Shown here: positions 1 through 13,611 of the stretch, one piece after another
How positions within the stretch are numbered: the first letter of the stretch is position 1
How the letters are laid out: each line of letters opens with the position of its first letter
Origin: Octopus vulgaris
Taxonomy: Eukaryota
Length of the DNA stretch: 64,000 nucleotides
NCBI GenBank assembly: GCA_951406725.2
Contig: OX597815.1
Location: 76,570,001 to 76,634,000 of the forward strand
Reading direction: 5' to 3'
Notes under the pieces: model-generated
The model's database searches: none
Seen by the model: only the letters and a program-made list of their open reading frames with translations
What the model was told of the DNA's origin: nothing
Translations under genes and position numbers: made by a program

Positions 1-1445
1 TTAGCATCCCGGACAGAATGCTCTACGGTATTTCGTCTGCTGCTACGTTCTGAGTTCATATTCCGCCGAGGCCGACTTTGCCTTTCATCCTATCGGAGTC
101 GATTAAATAAGTATCAGTTACGCACTGGGGTCGATATAATCAACTTAATCCGTTTGTCTGTCCTTGTTTGTCCTCTATGTGGGTAGTAAAGAAATAGGCA
201 TTTCGGCTATCTTTATGCTCTGAGTACAAATTCCGCCGAAGTTGACTTTACCTTTCATCCTTTGGAGGTCGATAAGATAAGAATCAGTTGAGCGGTATCG
301 ATATAATCGACTTAGCCTTTTCTCCAAAATTTTTAGCTTTGTGCCAAAATTTGAAACTAATATTATCCAGTAACCATAGGGCGACGAGCTGCAGAAACGT
401 TAGCACGTCGGGCGAAATGTTTAGTAGTATTTCGTCTGCCACTACGTTCTGAGTTCAAATTCCGCCGAGGTCGACTTTGCCTTTCATCCTTTCGGGATCG
501 ATTAAATAAGTACCAGTTACGCACTGGGGTCGATATAATCGACTTAATCCGTTTGTCTGTCCTTGTTTGTCCTCTCTGTGTTTAGCCCCTTGTGGGGAGT
601 AAAGAAATAGGTATTTCGTCTGTCTTTACGTTCTGAGTTCAAATTTCGCCAAGGTCGACTTTGCTTTTTATCCTTTCGGAGTCGATTAAATAAGTACCAG
701 TTACGCACTGGGGTCGATATAATCAACTTAATACCTTTGTCTTTCCTTGTTTGTCCTCTCTATGTTTAGCCCCTTGTGGGCGATAAAGAAATAAGAATCG
801 TTAGCGTACTGGGCATAATGCTTAGCGGCATTTCTTCATGCTTTGCGTACTGAATTCAAATTCCGCCGAGGTCGACTTTGCTTTTCATGCCTTTCGGGGT
901 CGGTAAAATAAGTATCAGCTAAGCATTGTAATCGACAAGCCCCTCCCCACAAATTCCTGGCCTTATGCCTATAGTCTAAAGGATTATCCCTTAACCATAT
1001 GATGTTGAGCTGGCAGAGTCATAAACGCATCGCAGAAAATGCCTAGCGGAATTTCTTCTGGCTCTTTACGATCTGAGTTCAAATTCTGCCGTAGCCCAAT
1101 TTGTCTTTCATCTTTTCGAAGGTTGATAAAATGAAGTACCAGCTAAGCACTGGGGTCGGCGTAATCGAGTAACCCTAAAATTGCTGAGCTAGTACTAAAA
1201 TTTGAAGCCTTTATTGTTACCTTAACCGTAAGGTGACAAGCTGGCAGGGTCATTAAGAGACAAAATAATTAGAGGCATTTGATCCAGCTATTTACGTTCT
1301 GAGACCAACTATTGCCGAAGTCAACTTTGCTTCTCATCCTTTGAGGTCGACAAAATAAAGTGCCAGAGAAGCCCTGGGCTCGATGTAATCGACTAACCCA
1401 CTGCCTTCAAAACTGATGGATTTGAGCCAAAATTTGAAACAATTG
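1..1445 (+). mobile_element. Tandem cluster of tRNA-derived SINE family A copies (several partial or multimeric)
   Basis: Repeated unit: ggcggcgagctggcagaa-cgttagc (A-box-like), ttctgagttcaaattccgccgagg (B box GTTCAAAT), gcctttcatcctttcggggtcgataaaataagtaccag core. Recurs at about 1, 200, 380, 611, 795, 1005 and 1231. Confidence 0.9.
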
Positions 1446-1472
1446 TTATTCGTTAATTCAAAGGCCGGCAAA

Positions 1473-2026
1473 TTCTTTTCTACTCTAGGCTTAAGGCCCG
1501 AAATTTTTGGGAAGGGGGCTGGTCGATTAGATCGACCCCAGTACGCAACTGGTACTTAATTTATCGACCCCGAAAGAAGGAAAGGCAAAGTCGACCTCGG
1601 CGGAATTTGAACTCAGAACGTAGCGGCAGACGAAATACCTAATTCTTTACTACCCACAAAGGGCTAAACAGAGAGGGGACAAGCAAGGACAGACAAACGG
1701 ATTAAGTCGATTATATCGACCCCAGTTCGTAATTGGTACTTATTTAATCGACCCCGAAAAGATGAAAGGCAAAGCCAACCTCGGCGGAATTTGAACTCAG
1801 AACGTAGCGGCAGACGAAATACCTATTTCTTTACTACCCACAAGGGGCTAAACACAGAGGGGACAAACAAGGACAGAAACATGGATTAAGTCGATTATAT
1901 CGACCTCAGTGTGTAACTGGTTCTTATTTAATCGACCCCGAAAGTCGACCTCGGCGGAATTTGAACTCAGAACGTAATGGCGGACGAAATACCGCTAAGC
2001 ATTTCGCTCGGCCTGTTAACGTTTCT
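1473..2026 (-). mobile_element. SINE family A multimer, inverted relative to the upstream cluster; head split by an insertion
   Basis: Reverse complement of the same unit (aaaggcaaagtcgacctcggcggaatttgaactcagaacg) three times. The head continues at 3654-3683. Confidence 0.9.
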
Positions 2027-3653
2027 TGACTCTTTATTGCCCATCAGCGGGGCCAACATAGAGGGGAAAACACATCACATGTGGGGACACAGAACGATAA
2101 AACAAAAAACAATGTATGACAAAGATGAATGGTAACACGAAAATGAATAAATGGAATGGTGCACTCAGCCCCACTTTTGGGTTACCCTATTTCTACCCTT
2201 TATCATCTTTTGTACCCCGTTCATTCTAGAATGTCAACCCCATATAGTTCTAACATCTCCTCGTACGCCGAAAATCTCGGTAGCTCCTTCCTATCCATCT
2301 CTATCTCCCACCACCTGTGTCCACTTTTATGTTTCAGAACTCTCTCCAACTGTTCCTCCGTAGGTAGCACACAACGGTGCAGCGTCTTAACATTATCAAA
2401 CCCTTCACTTCCCACCGCCTTAAAGTCATCCCACTTCAGTATTTCTTTACACAGATCCTCGTTTGAATCGTCAGTCATGATTACTGGACATGTCTTTTTT
2501 GTCTGGAGGGAGGGAGTTTGAGATTTCTTGTGTGTATGTTTCTTTTTTTTTTGTTTTCGTGTCGGAGGGGAATGGGTAGACTCGGTGTCTATTCCCATTC
2601 AGTCTGACCTGCTTTCTTTCTCTTCCTCTGTTTTTTCTTTTCTACCACTTTCTACGGCTCGTCGTTGTTTATTTGTATTTCCTCCACCTTCTCTGGTGCC
2701 TTCCTGAATTCTTCCTGATTTTTCTCAGTCGGTGAAGGGTAGTCCACTCTAATGCGCCCCTTTTGGTCACATTTGAAACATCGAGGGATTCTGCCCTCCA
2801 CCAACTGTTACTGTTTCCACCACTTTTTCTAGGTTTTCTGTTGAACTTTGTATAATTATATCCAACGTTTGTCCTTTCCAATTGGTTGTTTCTGTTTTCA
2901 TGATTTGGAGAACGGCTATTTCCCCTTCGCTGCTTAGAGGTATAGCCGCCGCTACCTAAGCCACATCTATTTCGAGTGGGATCCCCTCTACCCTAATCCT
3001 GGAAGCTCTCCTTCCAAGGTATGTGGGTAAGAAGACCACACTTTTCATCCTTAACGGGGTTGCCAAGTGTTGCTTTACCTTTGCTGCCTCTTTAAAGTGA
3101 ACCTTCACTGATCCATATCGACTTCCTCTGGCAAGATATAACATATCTTGCCATATTGACTTCAAGGCTTTTTCAATTTTCTCCGCTGATACAATTTCAA
3201 TTCTCTTATCTTCTACAGAATATACTTTGTACACAATAGTCCTTTCCTGCATATTTTTTATTACTTCATGGGGTGGCGACAACTTTACGTCTCCCCCTTC
3301 TCTGTGTATCATCTTATAACTTTTCAATATTGACAGATCCACTCCTTATTCGCAAATTCCGCCACTTGCGCAAAACTTTTCTTCTTTAATTGGCTATTCA
3401 TTTTTTTACTGATAGTACTAGTTCCTCTTCAGACGATGATAATTCAGACCCACTAAGGTCTGAATAAGATAAATTGTCCTTTCTATCCATAGCTAACTTT
3501 CCTCAAACGAGGAGAGAAAGCACAGACAAATTGCTGCAAAGCAACACAAAAATAATTAACGAAATGTTTAAAACACTGATACAAAAACAAAACGATGTTA
3601 CTACTGAAAATACCGTCAAAAATGACTCACGTATACCTTGAATAACACCGGAA
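2027..3653 (-). mobile_element. ORF1-only non-LTR retroelement (L1/Tx1-like, HAL1-like), decayed
   Basis: Frameshifted ORF pieces 3490->2221, including the RRM-like ORF1 segment ...GSVKVHF...RASRIRVEGIPLEI. AATAAA lies just inside the 3' end. Flanked by an imperfect 16-bp duplication (2011-2026 / 3654-3669). No RT or endonuclease. Confidence 0.6.
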
Positions 3654-3689
3654 GCGTGCTGGCGTTTCTGCCTGCTCGCCGCCTTCAAA

Positions 3690-6600
3690 GACCGGCAAAT
3701 TGCCAGAATCGTTAAACCGTCGGTCAAAATATTTTGCAGTATTTGTTCTAGCTCTTTACTTTCTGAATTCAAATCTCACCGAGGCCAACTTTGCCTTTAT
3801 TCTCTTTTTTGTTCCCACGTTAAAAATTATTATCATCCTGTGGCCTTTGTGTTTCGGAAATTTTCGGAAATTTTCTTCCATATGGTTAAGACAGCTATAT
3901 TGTTTTAATAGCAATATATAGTATTACTTGTATAATAGTATGTAGTTACATATAGCATTGTTAACAATGCGTAACAAAATTATTATTATTTTGTTTTTGG
4001 TCAATAAGTTTTATTTCCTTTTAGCTTCTAACTTGAAATCGAGGGAAATGACTACTGTTTTTCTAAAACTTTGCTTTTGTGATCTGGACATTTCAGACAC
4101 ATTCAGCACTGAGTTGCTGAAGCAGAAATATCGTTATTGCAAATATTCTGCTCAATGCCATAGATTTGTTTGTGAATTGCTTGATCTTAACCATTTGAGC
4201 ATGTCCCTTAGTGACTGACAATATGTGCATCTCTGATCATGAGCAGGAGTAGTGGGAGAGAACCATAGCTATATGTGAAAGAGATTCTTTGGAGCTTGAA
4301 TAAATGTAACAAAATCAAAGTTTGAAGGAAATATTAGCCATTTTTCACACTTTCTGAGGGCAAGCAAATAGGAAATAACAGTTGCTACCCAAGGGAAAAA
4401 TACAATGTAATAATGATTTCTATTACAAAAACGAATCTACAAATTATTAACCAAGGTGGGATATTCGACTAAATATCGATCCCCGTAGTTGGCTGGCACT
4501 TACTTTTACAACCCCGTGAGATGAAGGCGGAGTCAAACTTGGCGTGATTTGAATTCAAAATAGTCAAAAGTGATTAATTATATTCCACAATGGTATTTCA
4601 TCCGGCTCTGAACTTCTTTATGCTAATAATAAAGATTTCTGATCTCGGTACAAGGACGGCAATTTTGAGTATGCGTGTGCTAAGCTGGTTACATCAACCC
4701 CAGTACTCAACTGATACTTGTTTTAACGACTTCGAAAGGATAAAAGGCAAAGTCAACCTCGGCAAAAGTTGAGCTTAAAATGTAAAAAGCCAGAAAAAAT
4801 ACCGCAATACATTTAGCCTGACTCACTGACGATTGTACCAGCCAGCTGCTCTTCTTGTACCAACTATTAATAATTATAATAGTTTTTGACTTAGGCACAA
4901 GACCAGAAATTTTGAGAGGACGTGGTTCATCCGACACCATTAACTCCTGAATTTGACTAGAACTTTATTTTATCCTCCTCGAAAAGATGAAAGGTAAAGA
5001 TGATCCCGGTGAGATTTCTAACTTTAGCACAAAGCCACAACTACTGGTTTCAAACTTTGGTTTAAAGTCAGCAATTTCGGGGGCGAGAATAAGTCAATTA
5101 AATCAACCCTAGTATTCAACTGGTACTTAATTTATCGAACCCGAAAAGATGAAAGGCAAAGTCGACCTCGGCGGAATTTGAACTCACAACGTAAAGACAG
5201 ACGAAAAGCTGCTAAGCATTTTGGCCCCCGGTATGCTAAAGATTTTGTCAGGTCGCCGCCTTATACCAGGTCAAGAATATTGGAAAAGGTGATTATCGAT
5301 CTAATCAACCGATTACTTTACTGGTACTTATATTATCAGTGCAGAAAGTGCAGAAAGACAAAGTCGACTCCAGTGGGATTTGAACTTAGACTTAAAACAT
5401 CTAAAATACATTTACTCTCAGAAATTATATTGCTTTTTTTTTCTTTTTCATTTGTAATGGAAATTAGCAAATCAAAATAAGTGTATTGGTGGAAAGGTTG
5501 AGCATTGAACTAAATCCTTTTCTGTTCTATTAGACAATAAGATTTCTGCGTAGTTACTTGAAATAGCAGGCACATATTCTTTACATAACATGTGTAATGT
5601 AGTTCCTGTTATATAAAAAGAGGATTATCATGGGTTGAACACCTTTGATCAGGATGACCCAGAGTTCAACAATAACAAAAACAACTTATCTACAATCGGA
5701 GTCAAGGAAAGCTCTGCTATGTGGTCGTTAGACCTCCCTCATCTCCCACTCTACTGTCTTAAAGAAAGGAAGGATACGCTAGTTGTGTTCCAAGACACCA
5801 TGTGAAAAGAAGGACAGGATGGCATATGCTAGAACGCTTTTGACCATTGGTTTCTTCGATCAGATATAATCTGGCATTAAAACAGCAACAACAGGGACTA
5901 TCAATCTGCAATTAGGTGGACGAAAGAGAGCTAAAATTTTGACATAAACGACTGGTGACTGTACGAAAACATTCGACCCTTCAGCTAATAGATATATCGT
6001 CTCAGCTAATGTGTTGACGTTATCTTTCACCCTTATATGGATAATTATAAAATAACTACCAATTAAGTACTAATTTGATCTAATCGCGTATGCTAAAAAT
6101 GTGTGGCTTTGTACCTATATTAAACGAATTATGTTTTTATCAGTATTGAGAAATAAAGAAAACATTATTATTAGTAATGACAAAGCAGCGAACTTGTAGA
6201 CTCGTTAGCTAGTTTGGACAAAATAGGTAACGTCATACATATATTTTTCCCCCCAATTTTTACGTTCTGAGTTCAAATTCCACCGATATTGACTTCGCCA
6301 TTTATCTTTTCACGGTCGATGAAACAAGTATCAGTTGAGCACTAAGGTCGACGTTATCAACTTACCACACACACTCTCTCTTAGAATAGTCGGTGTTCTT
6401 GATTTACCCACTTTCATTGAAATTGGTTGGTCTTGGGCCAAACTTAGAAATATTATCACCACTGAGAGGCTGGTTCATTATTGCTGATGCAAAATTTAGT
6501 TGCCGCTCTTTACATTCCGAGTTCAAATCTAACTGAGGTTAGTTTTGCCTTTCATTCCTCTGGGATCAATACAATAAAGTACTGGGGTCGGTGGTATCGA

Positions 6601-7275
6601 TTAATACCCGCCTCTCAAAATTGCTGGCCTAGTGCTTAAATAAGAAACCAGGGTGTTGTGAATTGGCAGTATTGTTAGAGCATCGGAAAAATTTGCTGGC
6701 AATGTTTAGTTGTGGCTTTTTTACGTTGTAAGTTAAAATTCTGGCGAGGTCAATTTTACCTTTCATTCTCTTGCTATCATTAAATAATCGATCTACTAAA
6801 GCTTTCCCTTCAAAATTGCTGGTCTTGTGCTTAAATTATAAATAATAATAATAATTATGTTATCATTTCGAAGGTGGCGAGTAGGTAGGATCGTTAAGAC
6901 GACGGACAAAATGCTTAGCGGTATTTCGTCTGCGGTTACGTTCTGAGATCAAGTTCCGCCGAGGTCAACTTTACCTTTCATCCTTTCGGGGTCGATAAAT
7001 TTAGTACCAGTTACGCACTGGGGTGGATATAATCGACTTAATCCGTTTGTCTGTCCTTGTTTGTCCGCTCTGTGTTTAGCCCCTTGTGGGTAGTAAAGAA
7101 ATAGGTATGTCGTTCGCCTTTACGTTCTCAGTTCGAGTGCCGCCGAGGTCGACTTTGTCTTTCATCCGCTTAGAGGTCGATAAAATAATTACCAGCTGAA
7201 CATTGAGGTCGATATGATCGACATACTGCCTCTCCCGAAATTGCTGACATTGTACCAAAATTTGAAACCATTATT
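3690..7275. mobile_element. Mosaic of old SINE family A copies on both strands plus other interspersed repeat fragments
   Basis: Diverged family A cores at about 3700(+), 4630-4850(-), 5045-5262(-) and 6180-6840(+), and a well-preserved dimer at 6872-7270(+). Confidence 0.8.
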
Positions 7276-7278
7276 GTC

Positions 7279-7330
<52 letters not shown>

Positions 7331-7699
7331 GTGAGATTCTGTCTGTCTGTTTGTCCCACAAAGTGAAACTAAAATCAAACACCATCTCTATGCTTTTCTT
7401 TCTATATCTCTTCTATTCTGTCTCGCCCTCTATATTCTCTGTCTGTCTAATTGTCTGTCTCTCTGCCATGCTACTTCAAAGAGATTCTGTCTCTTTGTTT
7501 GTCCCGCAAATTGAAACTAAAACTCTGCCATGCTACTTCAAAGACATTCTGCCTCTTTGTTTGTCCCGCAAAGGGAAACTAAAACCAGACACCATCTCTA
7601 TGATTTTCTGTCTTCTCTATCTGTCTATTTTCCCTCCCTTTCTTTCTCTTTCTTCCTCTTTCTTTCTCACTCTCTTCCTTTTTCCCTTTCTCTCTTTCT

Positions 7700-9830
7700 T
7701 ATTACACATGGAGTAAATAATAAATGGAACAGACGCAAAATAGGCACAAAGGTTCAATGTCATTCTGGTATTAAGTTTGGAACAACAATTTGTAGATTAT
7801 ATACTGTACATCCTAATCAAAATGACTACTTTCATCTCAGAATGCTTCTTCATATAAAAAGAGGACCAACTTCATAGGAAAGTTCGAAACAAGTCGATGG
7901 TAAGATTTGCAGAACATATCGAGAAGCGTGTTTCAAGTTAGGTTTGCTTGCAAATGATCAGCAATGGGAAGCTACATTAGAAGAAGCTTCAATATCAAAA
8001 CACATAAGACTTTATGATGTATTTTTGCTATTATTCTCAAAAATTGTGAAGTAATTCTGTTCAACTGTGGAATATGTTCAGAAATGATCTTTTTGAAGAT
8101 TTCAAGCATCAACTTCAGTTCACTAATCCCGAGCAAGATGTTGGTTTTACTGATGCTATATACAATGCTGCTTTGATTGAAAGAGATCAAATTATTTCCA
8201 TGGGAGGTGAATCTATACAAAATTTAGTTCTCTCACTAACTAATAGAGGGGATCTTAACATTGTCCACTGAAATAGTAAGAAATTGGATCTTTTCAATTC
8301 TGAAGCCAGTTTTTTCAAATTTTTCCTACTGAACCAAACAATTTGAAACTTCGTATACTGGTAGAATGTGTCAAAAGTAAACTTAATTGTAAACCAGAAT
8401 GAAAACGGAATTGTAACTTCTAAGTTTAACGTTGTTTAATAATTAGAATTTTAACCAATGATATTCCGTCATTCGGCTTTATTTTATTTACTCCGTCTCG
8501 ACCACCAATTTGGTGACGTATTAAACATCTTAAATGTAAACAAGCCGCATGTCTCCGTGAAATCTCCTTCTAATTATTTAACGTACTCATGTTTCCAGGA
8601 TCCTATAGTCAGCCACCTTCTAATAACAATATTTAAAACTAGTTAATAAGCCACATGTATTAAATTGAAAATGTTTCCATTCTGTTAGTACTTGCTTTCG
8701 TTTGCTATTAAGAAGTGGCATCTCAGTGACGAGGCTTCTAACAAGATTTCGTTTCTAAGCTAATGCGTTTCATTTCACTTATTGTATTTATTTGTGCAAA
8801 AGGCAAGAAATTTAATATTAAAAAAGCAAAGAGCTGGCAGAAACGTTAGCACGCCGGGCGAAATGCGTAGCCGTATTTCGTCTGCCGTTACGTTCTGTGT
8901 TTGTTTACAGTTTTCCGAACGTTAGTACGTCACAAAAGCGCTTTCTACGTCACACTAATAGAATGCAGTCAAGTTTTACACATGAAAACAAACAATCTGA
9001 TTGGTTAAAATTCGCAGTTTTAATCTACGATTAAAGTCATAAAATAGATTTTTCTCAAATAAACTAGTTCCAACCTGTGTCTTGTTTTGCTAGACTCTAT
9101 CAGCATACGAAGTTTCAGAATATTTAGTTAAGTAGAAAGATCTGTGGTCCTGGCTTCAGAATTGAAAAGATCCAAGAAATTTCCTATGATAAGGAGGAGC
9201 TGACCATGTACATAAATAATAATTTCCCCAAATTATCTGATCAACGTCGTGCATATTCTACTGTCATAGAAATTATTAACAATAACACAGGAGGACTTTA
9301 TTTCTTAGATGCTCCAGAAGGTACTGGAAAACATTTGTAAACTCCGCCTGTCTAAAGTTCGTCAAGAAAATAAAATAGCTTTAGTTATTACTTCTTCTGG
9401 GATTGCAGCAACATTACTACCCGGAGGTCGGACTGCCTATTCAACACTCAAGTTACCTTTAGATTTATCTAACAACAAACAAGATCCAGTTTGTAATATA
9501 TCTAAACATTCTGCAATGGGTGAACTAATACAAAGATGTCACTTAATTGTCTGGGACGTATGTACTATGGCCCACAAGAAAGCTTTTGACAGAACATTAC
9601 GAGACATTAGAAATTGCAATTCTATGATGGGAAATGTACAGTATTATTGTTAGGAGACTTCCAACAAACACTACCAGTTGTTTCAAGAGGAAGAAAAGTG
9701 GATGAGTTCAATGCTTCAATAAAGTCTTCTGTATTATGGCATCATGTGAAAACACTTCAACTTTCAACAAATATGAGATCGAGGCTTTCAAGACATCAAT
9801 CAGCTGAACTATTTTCATGTAGTAAAAAAA
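7700..9830 (+). pseudogene. Helitron PIF1-like helicase pseudogene, split by a MITE
   Basis: ORF pieces 7530-7877 (3' part), 8074-8271, 9309-9653 and 9614-9847 carry helicase motifs, with stops and frameshifts. Confidence 0.88.
8286..9173. mobile_element. Non-autonomous DNA transposon with GG termini (Merlin-like), 888 bp
   Basis: 24-bp TIR ggatcttttcaattctgaagccag / ctggcttcagaattgaaaagatcc. Perfect 8-bp TSD aagaaatt (8278-8285, 9174-9181). Contains a SINE A head at about 8830-8900. Confidence 0.88.
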
Positions 9831-9956
9831 AAAAAGGTCATGTGTAAAAATGATCTTTTTTTTACTTCAATTATTACATGTTTTTCTCTTATATAGATAT
9901 TATATCATTGCTATTACTGTATAGATAAATAAAATAGCACATACAACTAACTTATT

Positions 9957-10121
9957 CTTTTCTACTCTAGACACATGGCCCTAATTTTTGGAGGAGGGAG
10001 CCAGTCAATGAGATCGATCTCAGTGCGCAACTGGTACTTAATTTATCGACCCCGAAAGGATGAAAGTCGACCTCGGCGGAATTTCGCCCGATATGCTAAC
10101 GTTTCTGCCAGCTCACCGACT
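9957..10121 (-). mobile_element. SINE family A copy inserted in the Helitron
   Basis: Family A core on the minus strand. Flanking duplication tacaa(c/g)taacttatt at 9942-9956 and 10122-10136. Confidence 0.8.
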
Positions 10122-10243
10122 TACAAGTAACTTATTATTGTCATATCATAAACAGACACAAGTTCATGTATGATATTGATCTTTCTTCTACTTCAATTAT
10201 TATACGGTTTTCTCTTCTAAAAATACACACATACAGGAGTAAA

Positions 10244-10756
10244 TCTCTCTATATAAAACTGTAGTTGTGTGAGTGTCTGTCCCCTTCGATTTAGATTCCT
10301 AACTACTCCCACATTTTGCGGTGCAGTTTAACCAAATTCGGGTATCTTATAGTCGTGATTCATATCGAGCCCGTCTGGCTATTAGCGCGCGTCTACGATG
10401 AGTCTACGATTTTAAAAATAATTTAACATCATTTTTTATTCCATTTTAATGCATAATTTTTCGTGTGTCGATGGCGGCGGAGTTGGCGTCCATGGTCACA
10501 CCTGTACCTGTTTGCTTCTCCCCCTTCTTCCCTCCCTCGTGAAGCTGTGGGGAAGGGAGTGTAAGGAAATCAACGTCGTAAAGCGTTGTCAAGGAGACCA
10601 GCGTTCTTTTAGAACAACGACTTCATGGCTTGAAGACACCAAAACAGAAATGGCTAAGAAAGCCCGAATTGGCATCTATAAGGGAAGTAACTCTCTAAAA
10701 ATGCTTATATAGTTATTTCCCTTACAAACCCGAGCAACGCCGGGCGATACTGCTAG
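10244..10756 (+). mobile_element. Complete non-autonomous Helitron nested in a Helitron
   Basis: A|TCTCTCTATATAAAA at the 5' end. Subterminal hairpin cccg-agcaacgc-cggg, then CTAG|T at the 3' end. Inserted between A and T with no TSD. Confidence 0.88.
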
Positions 10757-11504
10757 TTACACATATAATAATACTTTCAATGTGGCTCCCGATAAACAGT
10801 AAAAGTAATTACCCGATCAATGACGGGTTTTACTGCTAGTTATTACTATTTTCTGTTGGATTAGGAAGTCTTTGTGAGGAGGAGGAGGAGGTACTTCGCC
10901 TTTCTATTCATTATGTTAAAAGTTCAATCACGTGACTTCTTTACGTTCCTTTCTATGAATTTCATAATCAGATACTCAATCCCATATTTTACCTTTTCTG
11001 TCCTCCGCTTCCCCTTCCCTCACTCACTAACTCTGTCACTCTCCCCCCTCTCTCTCACCCTTTCTCTCTTTTTGTTATATTTCAATAAGAAATACAGTTA
11101 CATAATTCTAAGTAGCCGATTTCGATCTCAGTAATCATCTGACGTAACATATAACATTATCGAATCATAATAGACAGCCAAATGTCAACCTTTCCACCTC
11201 TTTCTTTCTATTCTTTCTATGATTACGGGTGCACGCACACACACACACGCACACGTACAAACTCTCTCTCACTCTCTCTCCCACCGTCTCTCCCCCACTC
11301 TCTCTCTCCCCTCTCTCCCCCTCTCTGTGTGCTGGTATGCTTTATAATCCATCAATGCCTCTAAGCTTCTATTCAGGTTACGAATACTTAATTTCCTTTC
11401 TACGCATGACTGTGATTAGATAGCAATTATCTGATCACGGTACATTTCAAAAACGTGTATGCACTATTTCATTTAATCTAACCTTTCGTAATAAACAACA
11501 AACT

Positions 11505-11507
11505 ACT

Positions 11508-11546
<39 letters not shown>

Positions 11547-11626
11547 TTCATTCATTTATTTATTTATTTTTAATTCATATATGTATATACACATATGTAT
11601 GTACACACACACATATATGTATGTAA

Positions 11627-11666
<40 letters not shown>

Positions 11667-11831
11667 GCATATAAATGTATACATGTGTGTGTACATGTGT
11701 ATATATATATATATACACATAATATATACATACACATGTGTATATAATATGTATGTGTTTATATATATATGTGTGTGTGTATGTTTTCTGTGTGTATATG
11801 AATACAATATGTGTGTGAATGTATGTGTGTG

Positions 11832-11863
<32 letters not shown>

Positions 11864-11885
11864 TGTGTGCGTGCGTGTGTGTATG
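11505..11885. repeat. Compound microsatellite (TTTA)n/(TA)n/(TG)n/(TGCG)n
   Basis: Directly visible. Confidence 0.95.
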
Positions 11886-12693
11886 AGTCTATGTATGTAG
11901 ACTTCAGGTAGCTCAAAGGTCCTGATGAGTGACGGCAACAAAATCAACCGCTCTTCTCTTTCCTAACAGCAACAACAACGAGATGGTCAGGGTCCAGCAG
12001 TGTGTACTTGTCGTTCATAACACTTACTTGTAACACTTGTTTACTAATTTCTTCAAGTAACGATTATATAACCAACAAAGGCAGTCACCTTCTGATTTCT
12101 GTCTAAGCTTTAAGCTTTTGTACTAAACTTTACACTCGCCCATTTACATCATAAACTTAGGAGGATATTTGCTCGTTATTTTACTCCGGCTTTTTACCAC
12201 CACACATCCCTACATCTCTTTATCACAAGCCAACGAGAGATCCACAATGCGATCATTTGAGTTATTAGAAATAACAGCCAAATTTCTTTCACATCATTAC
12301 ATAAGAATAGACAGGCACATACTCCGGATAATGATATCTGCATGGATGTGAAATACTTCATTCGACGGACTAAATTGTAGGCATTTTTTTCCATTATACA
12401 ACAGGGTAATTAAATCTCGGACCATCGATTGTTTGAAAGACTTCAGTTGGCGTATGTCAAACTGGAAACCTACCTCCGGCCAGATAAACTATGATATCCA
12501 TGATTCGCTCCGACTTTCACAAGCATCCCTTAACTCTCCATCTCCACTCTCTCTCTCCCTACTCTTTCTTTTTTTTCTTTCTTTCTTTCATATATACATA
12601 CATATACATACACACACTCACATATATATGTATGTATATATACACGTACATACATGTGCACACACACACACACACACACACACAGTATATATG

Positions 12694-12762
<69 letters not shown>

Positions 12763-13611
12763 CATTGTTATGCTTACGATAATGACCTAATTCAACTACT
12801 ATTAAGTTGGTTAAAATTTCAGACGTCTGTAATTACTGAGTATCCAAGCGTAATCTTACATTACTGTTTATAACATCGAACTGGTAGCCAACTTAAATAG
12901 CCTTGACCACGTGCAAGTATATTAAACTGATGCAGTCTCATATCATTGGCGTACCAATGATATCACAGACAAGATAAATACGTACAGTATGAAGTTGTTG
13001 TCCGGATAGTCTTACAAAGAGATGGTTGCAAATTTAACATTACTACAACCACGAAAGATGACCTATGCTAGCCACATCTCTGTCGCTTCCGAATTCTCTT
13101 TGTGATTCTGCAGTTTCTACGTGGTAGTGCCATACTATCATATTTCATAGCCTATAAGGCACTCCACACACACACAAACAAAAGAAATCTAAAAAAAAAA
13201 AAATCATCCCGGGTCCTATATGTGAAGTTATATTACCTCAATCATGTATGATATTTTCAATGTCATTACTTCTTGCTTCATGCTCAGCAGTAGTGCTTGC
13301 TTTTTATACACAGTAAGGTTTTCTACTATAGCCATAAGCTGGTTATGTCGGGCCCAACGGTAACATTATAACGTTTAGCATATACATTAGGAAAGGATAT
13401 TTAGCTGACACTAACTAAACTTTTCCCCTTCACATACATTTAATCCAGGCTACTTCTACCAGCATGAATGAAATAAAGTGCATCTGCGAAAAATTTCATT
13501 ATGATTGAAATGAAATATTTATCCAACCTCAAGAAGAGTTAACTGCTACTCTTAATTATCTTTTCTGTGCTTATTTTATCTGTCAAGTAAGTTCTCAGTT
13601 GGAGGTAACTT

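Larger units (their letters stand above)
7281..10839 (+). mobile_element. Internally deleted Helitron (Rep-helicase relic) carrying nested insertions
   Basis: 5' TC followed by (TA)n. Decayed ORF gives ICRLYTVHP...FHLRMLLHIKRGPTS, LYFLDAPEGTGKT (Walker A), SSGIAATLLPGGRTAYSTLKLPL and LLLGDFQQTLPVV (PIF1 helicase). 3' hairpin acccg-atcaatga-cgggt then CTAG at 10836-10839, followed by T. Confidence 0.85.

Noticed and set aside
1-2026. CRISPR-like repeat array
   Set aside because: Units are ~180 bp SINE bodies without unique spacers. The context is eukaryotic and there are no cas genes.
11921-11965. CTGATGAG as a hammerhead start
   Set aside because: No correctly placed GAAA or helix III follows.
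12169-12480. Possible host exon in non-repetitive-looking sequence
   Set aside because: No recognisable protein motif in the frames I read and no way to support splice sites without transcript data.
11556-12790. ORFs rich in YI, HT, CV or MYVC, here and throughout the window
   Set aside because: They are translations of (TA)n, (CA)n, (TATG)n and (TATC)n microsatellites.
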